Origin: Octopus bimaculoides
Taxonomy: Eukaryota
Direction: 5' to 3'
NCBI RefSeq assembly: GCF_001194135.2
Contig: NC_068986.1
Coordinates: 36,135,255-36,199,254, forward strand
DNA: 64,000 bases
Below, in pieces: positions 24,733 through 39,110 of this stretch. Made by a program: the position numbers and the translations under genes. Every line of letters starts with the position of its first letter. Position 1 is the first letter of the stretch. The notes beneath the pieces are model-generated. The model was not told the origin of the DNA. It ran no database searches and saw nothing but the letters and a program-made list of their open reading frames with translations.

Positions 24733-27254
24733 GGTAGTACACATGCACACATACACACACACATGCCTGCACGTATATTAATAAAAACATGCACACATAA
24801 ACAATCAATGTATGTATATGTGTGTATGCATGAACGTTCGTGCGTTCGTGCGTGTGTGTGTGTATTATAGACATGTTTCTTGAGTATGATTTTGTCTCAT
24901 ATTTTCAAACAAGAATTATTTGTCTATAAGAGTTTGAATAAAAAAGAAAGGGAGAAATGAAATAGTACCAACATTTAGCGTATGATTGTTGTATGTATTG
25001 AGCACTAAGAACATATTTACCATTCTGTAAGAATCAAGTTAATGAGTAGGAAGTTGATAAATTTTCTATGTATTGTATATCTTATACTGAGCGACAGGTA
25101 GAAATAACGTAAAAAAATAACAAAAATATGAACGAGTGTAAAAGATGGAAAAGCCAGAATATATGACCATGAAATATCTAATATTTAGTCTTATTAGAGA
25201 TATATAGGGAAAACAATCTCACATATCTACGCAGTGTTTACAAATTTGGAATACGTATTGAAGGAGTAGTGCTAAGTCTCTATTATTGAGTAAACATTTT
25301 GAAAAGAGACCGAAGCTTAAAGGATAAAAGACCAATGAATCTAAAAAGTAAAATACACGCATACACACACGTATTATATATATATNNNNNNNNNNNNNNN
25401 NNNNNNNNNNNNNNNNNNNNNNNNNNNNNNNNNNNNNNNNNNNNNNNNNNNNNNNNNNNNNNNNNNNNNNNNNNNNNNNNNNNNNNNNNNNNNNNNNNNN
25501 NNNNNNNNNNNNNNNNNNNNNNNNNNNNNNNNNNNNNNNNNNNNNNNNNNNNNNNNNNNNNNNNNNNNNNNNNNNNNNNNNNNNNNNNNNNNGAGAGAGA
25601 GAGAGAGAGCAAGAGAGAGACAGTGAGAGAGAGAAAATATATATATAGGTAAATTGGTAAATAAATATCGAAAGATAATTATATATGTTTTTTAGGCGAT
25701 TACTGATAAAAAAGAATTGTGTACACAGCCAAAATAAAAATCGTTTAATTACCGTTTTGTTAATGAGTTTTTTTTTATTAAAGATTTCGTTTCATTTGAT
25801 ATATGATGAAAGTAGAAATACTGTACATTTCTTTTTATTTCCAAAATTAATATATTAAGAACATTAGAAACCGGTCCAATACAGAATATACAAGCTACGT
25901 TTCGTTATGAATCAAATTATGGAGCAGAAGTTAATATTAAGTAAACTTTGTAAAACTCATCTTGATAATCTTTTAAAGGATAAGCAATTCAGAATTCGTG
26001 TGAAAAATCTAATTTATTCGACTCATTATCTAACAAGTATCGCTTTGTTCCGAAAAATATTGGTTTCAGATGAATGATATTTTAAATAGAAGATGGGAAA
26101 ATGTAATCTATAATAAAATGTTAAACTAAACCATGGTATTTTCATTACATATATTATTCCATCAAAATTCAGATGTCACTAATTTTGTTACGTATATTTA
26201 CTTGGTAGAATGAATGTATGCTTTGATATTTCAGAACCTACTCACGCTAACCAAAATATCTTCAAATCATTGCTAAGAAAAATACAAATTATTTATTTCC
26301 TATTTTGACACGCTTCATTTTTTATAAACATATTTAGATGTATACGACGCTGTTCATTTCCATTTTATATTTCGTTTACCAGGAAGGTACGAATCTGTTA
26401 ATAAATGCAATACAACCGACACATTTTCCAACACATAGGCTCAGAGCAACAAAATCTTCTCAATATTACAGGCTATATTTGTTTACTACAGTTTTCAGAT
26501 ATACTACATTTTCAAAATATAAACACTATTTCAAAATATAATCAAGTACTTACCTCTGTTTCGATCACCAACCGAGTGGTTTATTGTGTCAAGTGTTAAC
26601 CTCATTAACCGAATGTTTGAGCATACGATTTGCGCGAAAAGAACCCATGATTATAATTGTGTCTAAATTAAGCACAAAATTATCAACTTTAAAAAGTTAA
26701 GACGCGTAGTCGATTATATTGACTCCTACGCTAGTCTGTCCCTTTATTCTATTAAACCTAAAAGGTCAAAACAAAATGGAACTCAACGGAATTTGAAATT
26801 AGCGAGTAAATTGGCGTTATTAAATGCCGCAAATCATTTCATCCAGTTCTTTCTGCCAATCCACCCACATATAGCATAAATTCTCATTTTTATGGAACAA
26901 TAAAGACACGTTATAAATGCTCTAGAAATACCCTCTGTGGATAAAAGCATTAAAAATACACGATAGCCTTTTTTTCAAAATTCAGTATATGACTCCATAA
27001 AACCTTGTAGGATTATTGTGCAGTCGAATTGTAAATATTCTTTATGTTTGACTTGCACTTTACGGAAGTGTGTACATATTTCCGGTTACTTTCGTTCTGA
27101 TTTCAAACATCACCGAGGTCAAATTTACCTTTTATCACGCTGGAGGCAAAAAACATAGTATCGTCAAGTACTGGAGCCAGTGGTATCCACTAAGCATGTA
27201 TCAAAATTGACAGATTTCCGTCTAAATGGGAAAAATATTATCAACACTTTCTAC

Positions 27255-27445
27255 TACAGGCCCAAAACCTGAAATTTTTGCGGTGGGTTTAGTCAATCAG
27301 ATTGACACTAGTGCTCAACCAGTACATATTTTACTGACCCCTAAAGGATGTAAGACAAAATCGAACTCTGCGGAATTTGATCACCGAAGGTAAAGCTGCT
27401 AGGTATATTGTCCACTGTGCTAAGCTCCCTGCCAGTTCGCCACAC
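27255..27445 (-). mobile_element. Old family-A-like SINE copy
   Basis: CTGAAATTTTTGCGG ... GATTGACACTAGTGCTCAACCAGTAC ... GCGGAATTTGA ... GCCAGTTCGCC follows the family A layout. Confidence 0.6.
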
Positions 27446-27913
27446 TGAAAACTGTTTTAAATAATAGGCAGCAATTTTGTTGATGAAGAAGAAAGAGATG
27501 AATTTAAAAACTAATCTTCTCTGCTGGAAGAGAATAATTTTAAGTAATTTCATTGCTTCACCCATTTTCGGCTTGGCGTTAACAACTTTTAAGCATTGAA
27601 CTGGATGCTGTAGAAACGGTCTCAGGGAAAGACCGTATTGTGGAATATACAATTCCACGTAGATGGGGAGATCATGAATAATTTCTCAACGAACACTAAT
27701 AAATAGGCACCTCGTAATCGAAATATCATTGTAATCAGAGTTGATGTAACTTTAAGAGAAAAAGAGTGATTTTCCAAATATGGAGAAATGGAAAGAGAAA
27801 TGACCAGAATGTAGGAAAGCTGAAAACTGAAACAATCCATTTTCATATTCCTTAAGGAATTTTTCATTTAGCTAATTGTTAATGTTTCATAAATGTAACC
27901 CCATCATTGATAA

Positions 27914-28000
27914 ATGTAAGGTGTACGTTTTGTATACTGGGGATGTAAGGTGTACGTTTTGTATACTGGGGATGTAAGGTGTACGTTTTGTATACTGGGG
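27914..28000. repeat. Perfect 3 x 29-bp tandem repeat
   Basis: ATGTAAGGTGTACGTTTTGTATACTGGGG at 27914, 27943 and 27972. Confidence 0.95.
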
Positions 28001-28659
28001 AAGGATGTATAATACGAATATGTAAGATCTACACAACAAGCACTATTTCATAAGATTTTACGAACAGTCTGTGAGATTTTGCCTTTTTTCTCAGTACTAG
28101 TGTTAGTAAGAATTATTTAGTCAAGCGGATTTATGGTCTCCCAACTATTTCGCTTAAGACACTCTGTCACCCATTCATAATAGCAAGTTTCAGTATATTT
28201 ACAAATAAAAACAAACGGCCCTTACACACTAGGAAATACAGTATTTCTAAATGAAACACAGGGCTAGTAGTTTTGAGGGAGATGTCAGTCGATAGCATCG
28301 GCCTCATTCCTTGACTGATACATTATTTTATTGGCACCGAAAAGATGTAAGACAAAACCTCGAAAGGATTTGAGCCTAGAAATCAAATAGCTAGAGAAAT
28401 ACCGCTGTTGGATTATACTACATATGATAATATGAATATAGAAATAGTTATAGAATTAAAATTTAAATATCTTTCAATTTACTGTTGAAGATATGGCAAA
28501 CTCAATGATAAAATATATGTAATAATAAAAGCTTGGTCGGCGAATGTCAACAGATACCAATGTCAACCAAATAAAATATGCAGTAGATTCAGAAAGTTAC
28601 AAAACTAAGAGTGTATTTCGTTGAACTACCCATATAGGAACATTTAAACATGAAATCAA

Positions 28660-29480
28660 CAAAGAAAACAAACACAGAGGTAGGCATCTGGAATGTAAAC
28701 GAAATCAATAACAAAAAATGAAAACAAATTGGAAAATATCAAAAATACTGCAAGATTACATAAGAAAAACAGAAATACAGCAGGAAATAATATAACGCCT
28801 GAAACCAGTGTTTTTCGCAAAATGGGAAAACAAATGATCGGCAAGGAAATAGTGAATCGTTTCGTTCCACTCCTATGAAACAATTTTACTGAGAACTAAA
28901 TAGAATGTAATATTGTGCTAAAAGCAAGAAAACTAGAATTTGGAGTAGGAGGGGGAAGAAATATGGACAACAAAAGAATTGTCAAAGGCATTTAAAATGT
29001 TCAAAATATGCAGCAAATGAAGAACCTAGGGCGAAAATATACAGAAGCTGCGCAAACACTAAAAAAATAAATAAAATGGAAAGCACCAGGAAATTATAAA
29101 AAAAAGAAAAAACCATTCTGGCTGTATTTAACAGGTTCAGAGAAAGTGGTAGGAAAGTTAGTGACTACTTCTCTAGGCTCCGTTTCTGCATGTTGATAAC
29201 AACTTTAAACAACGCACAACATTAGTTTGAACATACGACTGTTATAGTAGGGACATTAAACCAATTTTTGGAATAGATGACCATAAAATAGGCGCTTCGA
29301 ATGATCAAAGATTGAAAATGCTGCTGCATAGGGTGAACGGATACAATAAATGACAAGAAATTCAGTTTAAAACTGTTTAAAAGAGGAAAATCAATACTCA
29401 GAAATATATTGTTAAATAAAGAGAATTAATAAACTAAGCAAAGTACAATAGAGAAGACATAAAGGTTGGGAAGACGTACT
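28660..29480 (+). mobile_element. Highly decayed LINE APE-endonuclease region
   Basis: VGIWNVNEI at 28680 (cf. 'IxTWNVxGL') and TVIVGTLN at about 29237 (cf. 'vIIxGDFN'). A-rich plus strand with many stops. Confidence 0.4.
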
Positions 29481-31588
29481 CTACATATGTTTTAGATTAA
29501 TTATTAATTTCGAATTAAGTGCCAAAAGTGGATCAAAGTCCAATTTTGACATTCAGGACAGTTTTATCTTTTGTGAGTTATAAAGAATAACAGCATAAGA
29601 CCAGACTGAAAAATGGGGTTCACAAATAGCATGGTGAGTTGTTGTTGGTGTGGAAACCCCGTACATGCCAATATTGTAAGTTACTGAACGTATGATGCCT
29701 ATTAACAAAAATGGCCGTTGTTCCTTTACGTATGAGTAGATCAGATCTATTTTGGTACAGTACATGCAGATGAGTGTTATCATCATTCAGTAGAAAAGTA
29801 TCTGGATTCAAACGAATAAATTCTCTGTTATTGCGAAAAAACTGAGCTGCCTAGTAATTTGACACGCAGTGTATATGCCGATAAAGATAACCAGAATGAG
29901 ATTAGAAACACAAACTGTTTCCTAATATGTATGTTGCGAATCAGTTAAAAAAATATAGACAAATATATAAACAAAGCTGCAATGCACATATACTTATGCA
30001 ACATAAGGAAAATAGAAATGCAATGATTTAAACACGTATTATGTAGTGTGTTTTCAATACAAACGTAATAAGCAAAAGCAAAACGAAATATCACCAGAAC
30101 TAAAAGCACAGATTTGAGTTAAGTCGTGTAGTGAAAGCACACAATACAAATTAGACAACTTCAATAATAATTTTTTTTACAATTGTTAGTAGAGTATACA
30201 GGAAATCATTAGAAGAAAAATAAAAATAAATTACAATTGCATTTTAAATACTATTTAAGTTATGCTACTAAAGTTTGATATGTTGGAAGAAGTTCAATAA
30301 TAAGTATTTCTTCCCTATATCTCCTTATTTAAAGAAAGCAGCAAGACTAAATTATATGCTCGTGATATTTTGCTTGTCTGAGAGTGTGCAGATGTCAGCC
30401 GATATAATGCGTCGTGGGTGCCATTCAGTAAATTTTCTTCATTGTGCTGTCAGTGTAACGATTTCTGTTGTCCACTATACGGATCTACATATTTGTGCAT
30501 ATTTCAGCAAGTTCATACATGCGTAGATTTTGAAACACGCACACACACACGCACCCCTACCGCACACATTATAATTGGATGTGAATTTGTTTTTGCTGCA
30601 AGCATATGCGCACACACAACATATGTCCAAACCCACCTGTGCTCTTCGGACTAATATTCTCCTAACACATGATATGTGACATTTCAGGAAAAACATTGTT
30701 GACCAAATTATTGATGAAATCTCGTGTATTAGTCTTTTCTATTTTTCATCCCCGCTCTCACCCTTGTAATTTTTAACGATAATTATTTTCGCAGATATTT
30801 GCTGATTATCTCTTGCTACGATATCACGTTAATGATCAATTCCAGACAAACACACACACATAAGCACATGTGTACATGTTTATATACACATGCACATATA
30901 TCATATGCATGTATGCATGCACTTCTATGAATATATGCGTATAAGGACATAAACAGTTATAAAATATGTAGGTACTTATGTATACACACAAGCACAGTCA
31001 TATGTAAACACACTCAAACGTATATAAGCATATTCATATAATCATATATTAATATACGTGTATGTGCATGTACGTGTGTGTCTGTATGTGCATGACTACT
31101 CATGCGCATTAATTTTGTGTTCAAAGTAATTTGTTATTGCTACAGTGGAAAGATAATGAATCTTAGGATATTGAAGATTTCTACTGAAAGAAACTATATA
31201 TTATTTTATAACATGTAATTGTTATGTGGTTTCTCAGCTAAGAGTATTTTACTCTGCTTACAATCCCCGTCTTTTCTAAGACGTATTAGCTCTTCGCATC
31301 CAATGATTATTTTTATTTCGAGGTTTGCTTTGTATGATTTTCATGTGTTTTCTGTAATTTAGCAGATGCAAAGAGAGCGATAAAACAAAATAACATACTG
31401 ATATGATAGAAAGTAGGAGAGGAGGAGGAGATTAAAATAGCAAAAAAAGAAGTATGCAATGATTTGATACACGGCAAATGTGGACTAAAGAGACAAAAGA
31501 GAATCTGTAAGGAACATAAAGTGTGAGAAAGGCAAGTGTGTTATGAAGTAACAAAGATGGGATAGATACACGATCAAGATAGATAAAT

Positions 31589-31639
<51 letters not shown>

Positions 31640-33797
31640 GAGAAAGAGAGAGAGAGAGTGGATGGGGTGGAGTGAGAGCGTGAAAGTTAGAAAGAGAATA
31701 AAAATACAAAATAAGCAAGAAATGAGATGGAGAGAATATGTTATATATGGATTAAGGAAAATAGTTAGGGACAAGATATTGAACATGAGCGGAAAGAATA
31801 AAGGGAAGAAAAATTGATAAAATTCAGAGACTAAAGCTATGAGTTAGAAGAAAAGGAGAAAGATCGTGAACAATGGAATAGAGACAGTGATAAAGAGAGA
31901 GATGGGGGGGGGCAGTAAAACTTATAATAACGAAACAATGAGACAAAAGACACAGCAAAAACGTTAAGATGAAAGAGAAACAGGAGCATAAAAGTTGTAT
32001 AGCGATAAAGACACAGTGACTGTGTTTAAGATAGTGACAGTGAGAGAGTGTATGTGAGAGAAGGAAACAGAGAGAGTGAGAGAGAGAAAGGGAGAGAGCG
32101 TGTGGCAGAGAAAGAAATGAATTCAACAATGATGGAGGAAAGAATGACCACAAACGAGAACTGTAGTGAATAAAAACACGCAAGAAACAACTTAATATAC
32201 TGAAAAATAGGTCATAAGAGATCATATCATACGAAGAACTTAAATTTCCTGATGTAAAATTCCTGGACTAGGATTTATTCTTACCTGGGCAGTAACCGAC
32301 GAAAGTCAACTTAGAATACCGTCTTAACGAAAAGTATGTATATTTGGAGTAGTAATACTATTTGCATCGGAGAAAACATTTAATTAATAATTATGTGGAA
32401 AGGGCAACAACACTAGAAATGAGTTGTAATGTCCTTTATAAGAAAACCTTACACTTTTTTCTGCAATACATGAATTAAATTCCCTGGGATCATTTCTTGG
32501 TGGTTTACGCATATGTGTATAGCACTTAAGAAAATTTTATGCGGAGTTAAAATTCAAACTTTCTTAAATCTCACTTTTTACGTTGTAAAGAAGTTGTCTC
32601 AGTTTCACTTTAAAAGAAGAATGGAGAGAAAATAACTAGAGAGCTTGAGAGTGAGAGAGAAAAGAGAAGGAGAGTGACAGAAGGAGGGGGAGCGGAAAGG
32701 GAGCGTGAGCGAGCGAAAGAGTGAAGAAAAGCAATGTAATATTTAAAGGAGTCTGTAAATGAAATATAAAGTTTCAATCTGGTAGAATGCAATATTACAT
32801 CACAAGATGAAACGGCATTCAAACGACCAAAATTAATTTACAAATTCCGAAACTTTGAATCAATGATTATAAAACAAGAAAATGTTTGGCGAATGCAATG
32901 GCACTTGAAATTTCAGATCAAACAACACATAACTAGAAAATGGCAGAAAAGGACATAACCCAGGGGGGAAGTACTGGAAAAAGAAGAGTTACCAATTGAA
33001 GGATTCTTCAAACTAGAGACAAAGTAGTTGTAGTGGCTGCTTTAAAAATAAACAGAAAATACAAGGAGAATGTCTCAGGATAGAACTATAATTTGAAGAA
33101 GCAAAAATGAAATTACTGTTGAAAATATGAATGCGACATATTTAAAAATGTGGTTAAAAAATCGGGTAAAATGAATAGTTAAATATGAAAGCTTTAAAAT
33201 AAGGCTAAAACAAATTATCATTTCAGTTTACTTTCTGATACTGAAGCAATGAACTATTATCTATTCCGAGTTTCTAAACAAAATATATATCCCAACTCGC
33301 AAACTCTAAGACACAAGTCGAGAAAATTAGTTACGACATTAATCGTAAAGTAAACAGAAATACGCTGACAAGACGTTCCTGCTAAATATGTAATTGTGAA
33401 ACCATTGCTCAGGTTTCAGGCATATATTGAGTAGACATAGATAGTGTTACTATTCCCTGCTTTTGTTTTACTCAGTTCTTTCAACTTTTATTACCCCGCA
33501 AATCGCAATATTCATTTAAAACAAAATGAATTCTCTTTCTTGGTAGAGCTCGTCGATATTAATTTCATGGTGGTGGACACTATACATACTGAGTAACTTT
33601 CTAATTTTTCTTTCCAAATATTTTACCTTTCGTCAATTTTCCTGTTTTAATCAACATGAAGCGAGCCTACACAAATCAAGGGAAATTGGAGGGTAAATAT
33701 GTTTTACTGTTTGCTATATGTACTATATTAGTTCTTTGTGGGTTTTTATCGCAACAAAACGGTTCCTGTTTTGCGTTTTGTGATTTCTTCTCATTAC

Positions 33798-33870
33798 CTG
33801 TTCAATATCTGTTTAAGCAAGGATACTCCAGAGAGAAAACTTTGTGTGAATTTATTTTGCCGAGGAATAC
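33798..33870 (-). other. Candidate 73-nt exon
   Basis: Acceptor cctgcctcctctgtgtag|G and donor GAACAG|gtaatg. One open frame, xIPRQNKFTQSFLSGVSLLKQILN. Confidence 0.25.
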
Positions 33871-34001
33871 CTACACAGAGGAGGCAGGCTTATTTATACT
33901 GATTTTAACCAACCAGAAAATATTAATATCTAGGTAAAATATGCTATTGTTTCGTTAACCGCATATAACGCACTGGTTTAAGAGAAATGGGGATTAGATG
34001 G

Positions 34002-34100
<99 letters not shown>

Positions 34101-34207
34101 TGCGGAATGGTTATTGGCGTGAAAGAAGCACATTTTACGTTTGTAAACTGAGCCATTTACGTCCCCTCATCTCAATGAAAACTTTTGCTCTATATATTAG
34201 TTTTCTT

Positions 34208-34396
34208 TTCTACTCTAGGCACAAGGCTCGACATTTTAGGGAGAGGGCCAGTCGTTTAGATCGACACTAGTACGCAACTGGTACTTCATTTATTGAAAGA
34301 GTGAAAGGCAAAGTTGACCTCGGTGGAATTTGAACTCAGGACGTACAGACAGACGAAATACTCGGTGTGCTAACGTTTCTACCATATCGCCGCCTT
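34208..34396 (-). mobile_element. SINE family A copy with an internal deletion
   Basis: Same head and tail as 37631-37842, with about 20 bp missing before GGTGTGCTAACG. Confidence 0.85.
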
Positions 34397-37300
34397 GCTC
34401 TATATATATTAGTATTATCGCAATGGTATCTCACTGGAATTGATATCAAAATCGTTCCCGTTTCAATGTGAACTCAGAAATATGATTATGTGTATTATAA
34501 TACCTCTAGATTATCTAGCTGTCCTTTACATCAAATTTCCATTAGTGTATATACTTAATATAAAAATTATCTATTTTCGTATTGTATATACAAAGATGCC
34601 AAAATATTAAATATTTTAAGAGCTATGATAATTTGACTACTTCAGGTTATAAACAATTCCTAATTCGAAAGCAAAGTATAAAAAGCTATAACTATATGTT
34701 TGTCGGTCTTAATGGCTTGTTGGACAAATAAGTGACATACCGTTATTTTCAATTTACAGTAGACATTAACTAACACCTTGTTACTCAATATCTGTCTGTC
34801 ATTAGTTTTTCTTTGATTACGATATTGATTTTTCAGTTGCTAATCAATTATTTTATTGTTGATTTCCTGTATAAATAGGGCAGAGATTATTTCAATATTA
34901 TGTTTCCTTCCTAGAGATATTGTTTAGAAAATAGCTTTTTATATTTGTAAACAAAACCAAAAGTATAAATTATGAAAGAAAATCATTAAATGCATTCAAC
35001 GTGGTTTGAAAAGAGAAAGCGGTTGTATATGAAACAATTAATTATATTGTGAAATTCATGTGCAATATCACTGCTAGTAAAGTACGACGTTGCCATGCTA
35101 TGTTTAATCGCTTTGTGAAAACATATTAGAGAGCATAGCCTGCAAAAGCTTTGGGGTGATTAAAAATGAAAAATACAAGTCACATGAATATATAATATAC
35201 ATACACAAATCTTAATTAATTTGTGCTATTTTCTGTAATGAATATAACTGCATCAAAATGAATCGGATGATAATGTGCTGTGTTTACTGAAGTATTCCGC
35301 CTATTGAATAAAACTTTGAATCCCTGCTTTCTGCCAAAAAGACCTTTTTCTGAAGGATAACTACAAAATTCGATGTGTATCTAGATTTCATAAAGTTCTT
35401 TACTAACAGGAAATCATATTTATATTTAAGATCGCGACCAACTACTCCTGTCATAACAAAAGACTGAATTAATATAGCTAGCCACTGTTATATCAATGAG
35501 ATGGAAACATCAATTAACATCAAACTCCACACAAGGTTTGTGTAAAAAACAAAAACAAAGGAGAGTACCAAATGATCAACTTTCCTGGATATAAACCCAT
35601 CCAGAGAAGTCTTAAGTACCTACGTTTTATCATAAATCTTTTAAGATAACTAAAAATTTGGTGCTGTTACGTTTACTAAAACTAGATTAGAGTGACATTA
35701 ATTTCTAGTCAAAGGCAACGGGAGCTTCAACACTGAGATGTAAGTGATGATTTTAAAATATGGCAATTATATAAGGGAAGTGCGGAGAGCGTAATAAACA
35801 TAAGGGTATAACGTCCTCTGCAAAATAACCCTATGGGTTTTCAAGCGGACTAGAACTATTTGGATATGGTGATCGAATACCCATCTCATAGCATGAACAA
35901 GTGCCACCAAATATGAATCTATGCTCAATATCGAAATGATATTGCATCATACGTAGTTACAAGATATTTATGCATAATTTGAACAATGATGTTATGTGAG
36001 AGTACACATTTTAAAAGTGAATGCTCATGATGCCCACTTTCGATATATATTTGTAAATGTTTAAGATAATCGAGCAAAAATTCTTCCCACTCATTTCTCA
36101 TATTTCTCGGAGGACAAAATGTTTGGACATATATTTCACTTGCTCTAATTTTAGAATGAACCGATTACTTGTTAAGCCAATGAAACTGTTTTCGTTCTTA
36201 CACGTTTCAATTATGTTTATATACTTTTTGATATTTCATCTATTTAAAGCATTTTTGCCAAATTCATCTTTAGGTCCTTTGTTAACTGTAAATAGGTATT
36301 TGCATGCAAAGAAGGAAACAAATAAAACAACATGCTAAGTATCCTTTTAACACTTGATGGTCACTATATCAACACGTAATGCTTTAGGAATGGCTATAGA
36401 GCACGACAATATGTTATGTAAAGTTTCGAGTTAACTAAACCAAAATGTTTACCCAATTAGCTTTTGTATCTCGTACCACCATATTCTAATTGTTCTTTCC
36501 AAAGTTCTGCAAAATCAGCAATTACATTCTTCAATTCTGTTTGGTTTTTATAATGGAAATTCCGTGGAAAAAAAAATTAAACGATTGTATTGTTCATCTG
36601 GGAAAATGCTGTTGAATGTACATAGAAACAGAAATGGGAAGGGGAAGAATAATAATGTATGAAGTAAGTATAGATTGAAATATATTAAATGCATTGAAGG
36701 CAAATGCAGGAGATGGGAGATAACTGTGAGCAAACGATACTGTAGGACTAAGGTCTAAAATGAAAGAGTATGTGTCAAAAATATGACAGAGGATAAAGAA
36801 AAAAAAAACGGATGTAGATATTGTAATACCGTATGAAAGTGTGTGACACGAAGTGATTCATGTTGTAATAATATGATTCAACAATATTTTCATACATTAA
36901 ACACCCGATAATCTTTGTATACAATATATTGCATTTTCAATCATTGTTTTACAGACGTTGTAATAATTAAACACAAAATATATTTCTTCCAATTCCTTCC
37001 AATTTAAAATTTTAACCGAAAAAGTACATTTCATTTCATATTTACTACTGTCAAACTAAGCCAACAATAACGTCAATTTTCTGTTGCAAACCATCCGTAT
37101 CAACAGAGAAAAATTCTCGTACCATTATCGATTTTCTGTTTACCAGGAGTAGAAAATTTCAACTTTTGAGAAACAGTAGTATTTCCTGTCTTTTCGTTCT
37201 GCGATTGAGTTCCAGGAATGTAACATTGTGTCACTTTGGATTGTTTCGAGCGCTATAAAATAATGAAAAAACCTGGTGTCCGAAATTTAAAAAAAATTGT

Positions 37301-37630
37301 TGTTGAATTTTATAGTAGTTATACCACGAGAAAGTCTCTAAGGGAATTTGAAGGCTTCAATTGCCGTGAAGAACAAAGTATTGAAACTTTCTGGTTCTTG
37401 CACTTTAAGTGACCTAGTAGAGAATCGAACCCGTCCTCCGAACGTTTCCTTTTTGTCGATGTCGTTCGAATTTATGAAAAGATATCACAATAACACCATA
37501 ATCTCTTCTTTATCCCTTTAAGCAATTAAGTGCTAATGCAAAATGTGTCGAAGTATTAAATATCTTTTAGTAATTTTTGATCCTTTGAAGCATAGTCAAA
37601 TTTTGTGCCTTTCTGAATTTGGATGTTAGA

Positions 37631-37842
37631 TTTTCTACTCTAAGCACGAGGCCCGAAATTTTGGGGAAGGGGCCAATCGATTAGGTCGACACTAGTACGC
37701 AACTGGTACTTAATTTATCGACCCTGCAAGGATGAAAGGCAAAGTCAACTTTAGCGGAATTTGAACTCAGAATATAAAGACAGACGAAATACTGCTAAAC
37801 ATTTCGCCCGGCGTGCTAAAGTTTCTGCCAGCTCACCGCCTT
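37631..37842 (-). mobile_element. tRNA-derived SINE, family A (near full length)
   Basis: Minus strand AAGGCGGTGAGCTGGCAGAAACTTTAGCACGCCGGGCGAAATG ... CTGAGTTCAAATTCC (A-box- and B-box-like). Multiple homologous copies occur in the window. Confidence 0.85.
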
Positions 37843-39046
37843 AAATTTGGATGATATATTGAATATTGCTCCCCATTGATAACGAGAAAAAATAAAAATA
37901 AGAGACGGGGAATCCTCATGTGAATAGAGACAATTCTCTAAATTATCCAACAACAAATTCAGGATCGAAAGGGTTTATATTAAACGAGTAGTTGATAATG
38001 CTACGTCGTCCATCTTGCTGTATTATAGTGCCGTCGATTGATGCATTTCAGTGTTTTAGGCAGCGGTACCACACTAACACAACAAAACATGTCATTGGCT
38101 TTCACTATTGAGCTCAAAACCTTCCTTAGTAAACTTACCTAATCTAGCTCGATAATCTATCGACATGATATATGGATCAACTATTTTATGCTATTGAAGG
38201 GAAGTAAAAGATACTTTCGAGCACGGCATCATTAATATTTCATAACCTGAAACAACAAGTTAAATAAGTTATAAAGGGATAATTGAGCAAGTAGAAATTA
38301 AAGGCACAGACAATATTGAAAACAAATGTGAAATTAACAATGACATAAATAGATAATAACAATATGGAACAAGTCGTAAGTTGCAAGAGTCTCAAAAGGC
38401 ATGTTAATATAGATCAGGTTAGCGCTCAACTCACTTAACGCAGATAAACCCTACTAAACTAAAACCCATCCTAAACTAATAGTCACCATGTCCAATAGAT
38501 AAAATATAGTTTTATCACGACAAACGTTCACACTTCTCACATTATACTTGAAGTTGTCCTGCTCTCAGTCCAGGAACAATGTCATTTAATGAACTTTATA
38601 CACAACTGGATGTACACTGGTAGCTGATTCTTATGTTAGACACAGCTCACCCTTTTTTCTGATGGCTGAAGAGGTTTATAATTGAAGAGTATTTCACACA
38701 TTCCTTGCGTATCGCTTGGAAAGGGAATAACTTTCTCCATACCTACTCCCAAAATTTCGACCTTTCCTCAGAAATTATGATGCTACAATGTACAACAACA
38801 TTACTAAATAATGTAAAATAATAATGTAAAATAAATAATGTAAAATAAAATGATATTTATGATCAAATAAAAAAAAGGGAAATGCAATAAAATGGCACAT
38901 TTAAGGAATCTAACATTTAAAATGCCGCAACAGTCGCACGCAACAAATCCAAAACAAATTAAATCTCTAGAAGAGAAATGTTAGAATCACAAAATTTTCC
39001 TTGGAATATAATACAAGCAAATCCTCAAAAGTGAGATAAAACAAAT

Positions 39047-39110
<64 letters not shown>

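Noticed and set aside
27914-28000. 29-bp direct repeats as a possible CRISPR array
   Set aside because: There are no spacers, the context is eukaryotic and there are no cas genes.
38745-38775. Minus-strand CTGAGGA-AAGGTC-GAAA
   Set aside because: No stem II can form between the core boxes.
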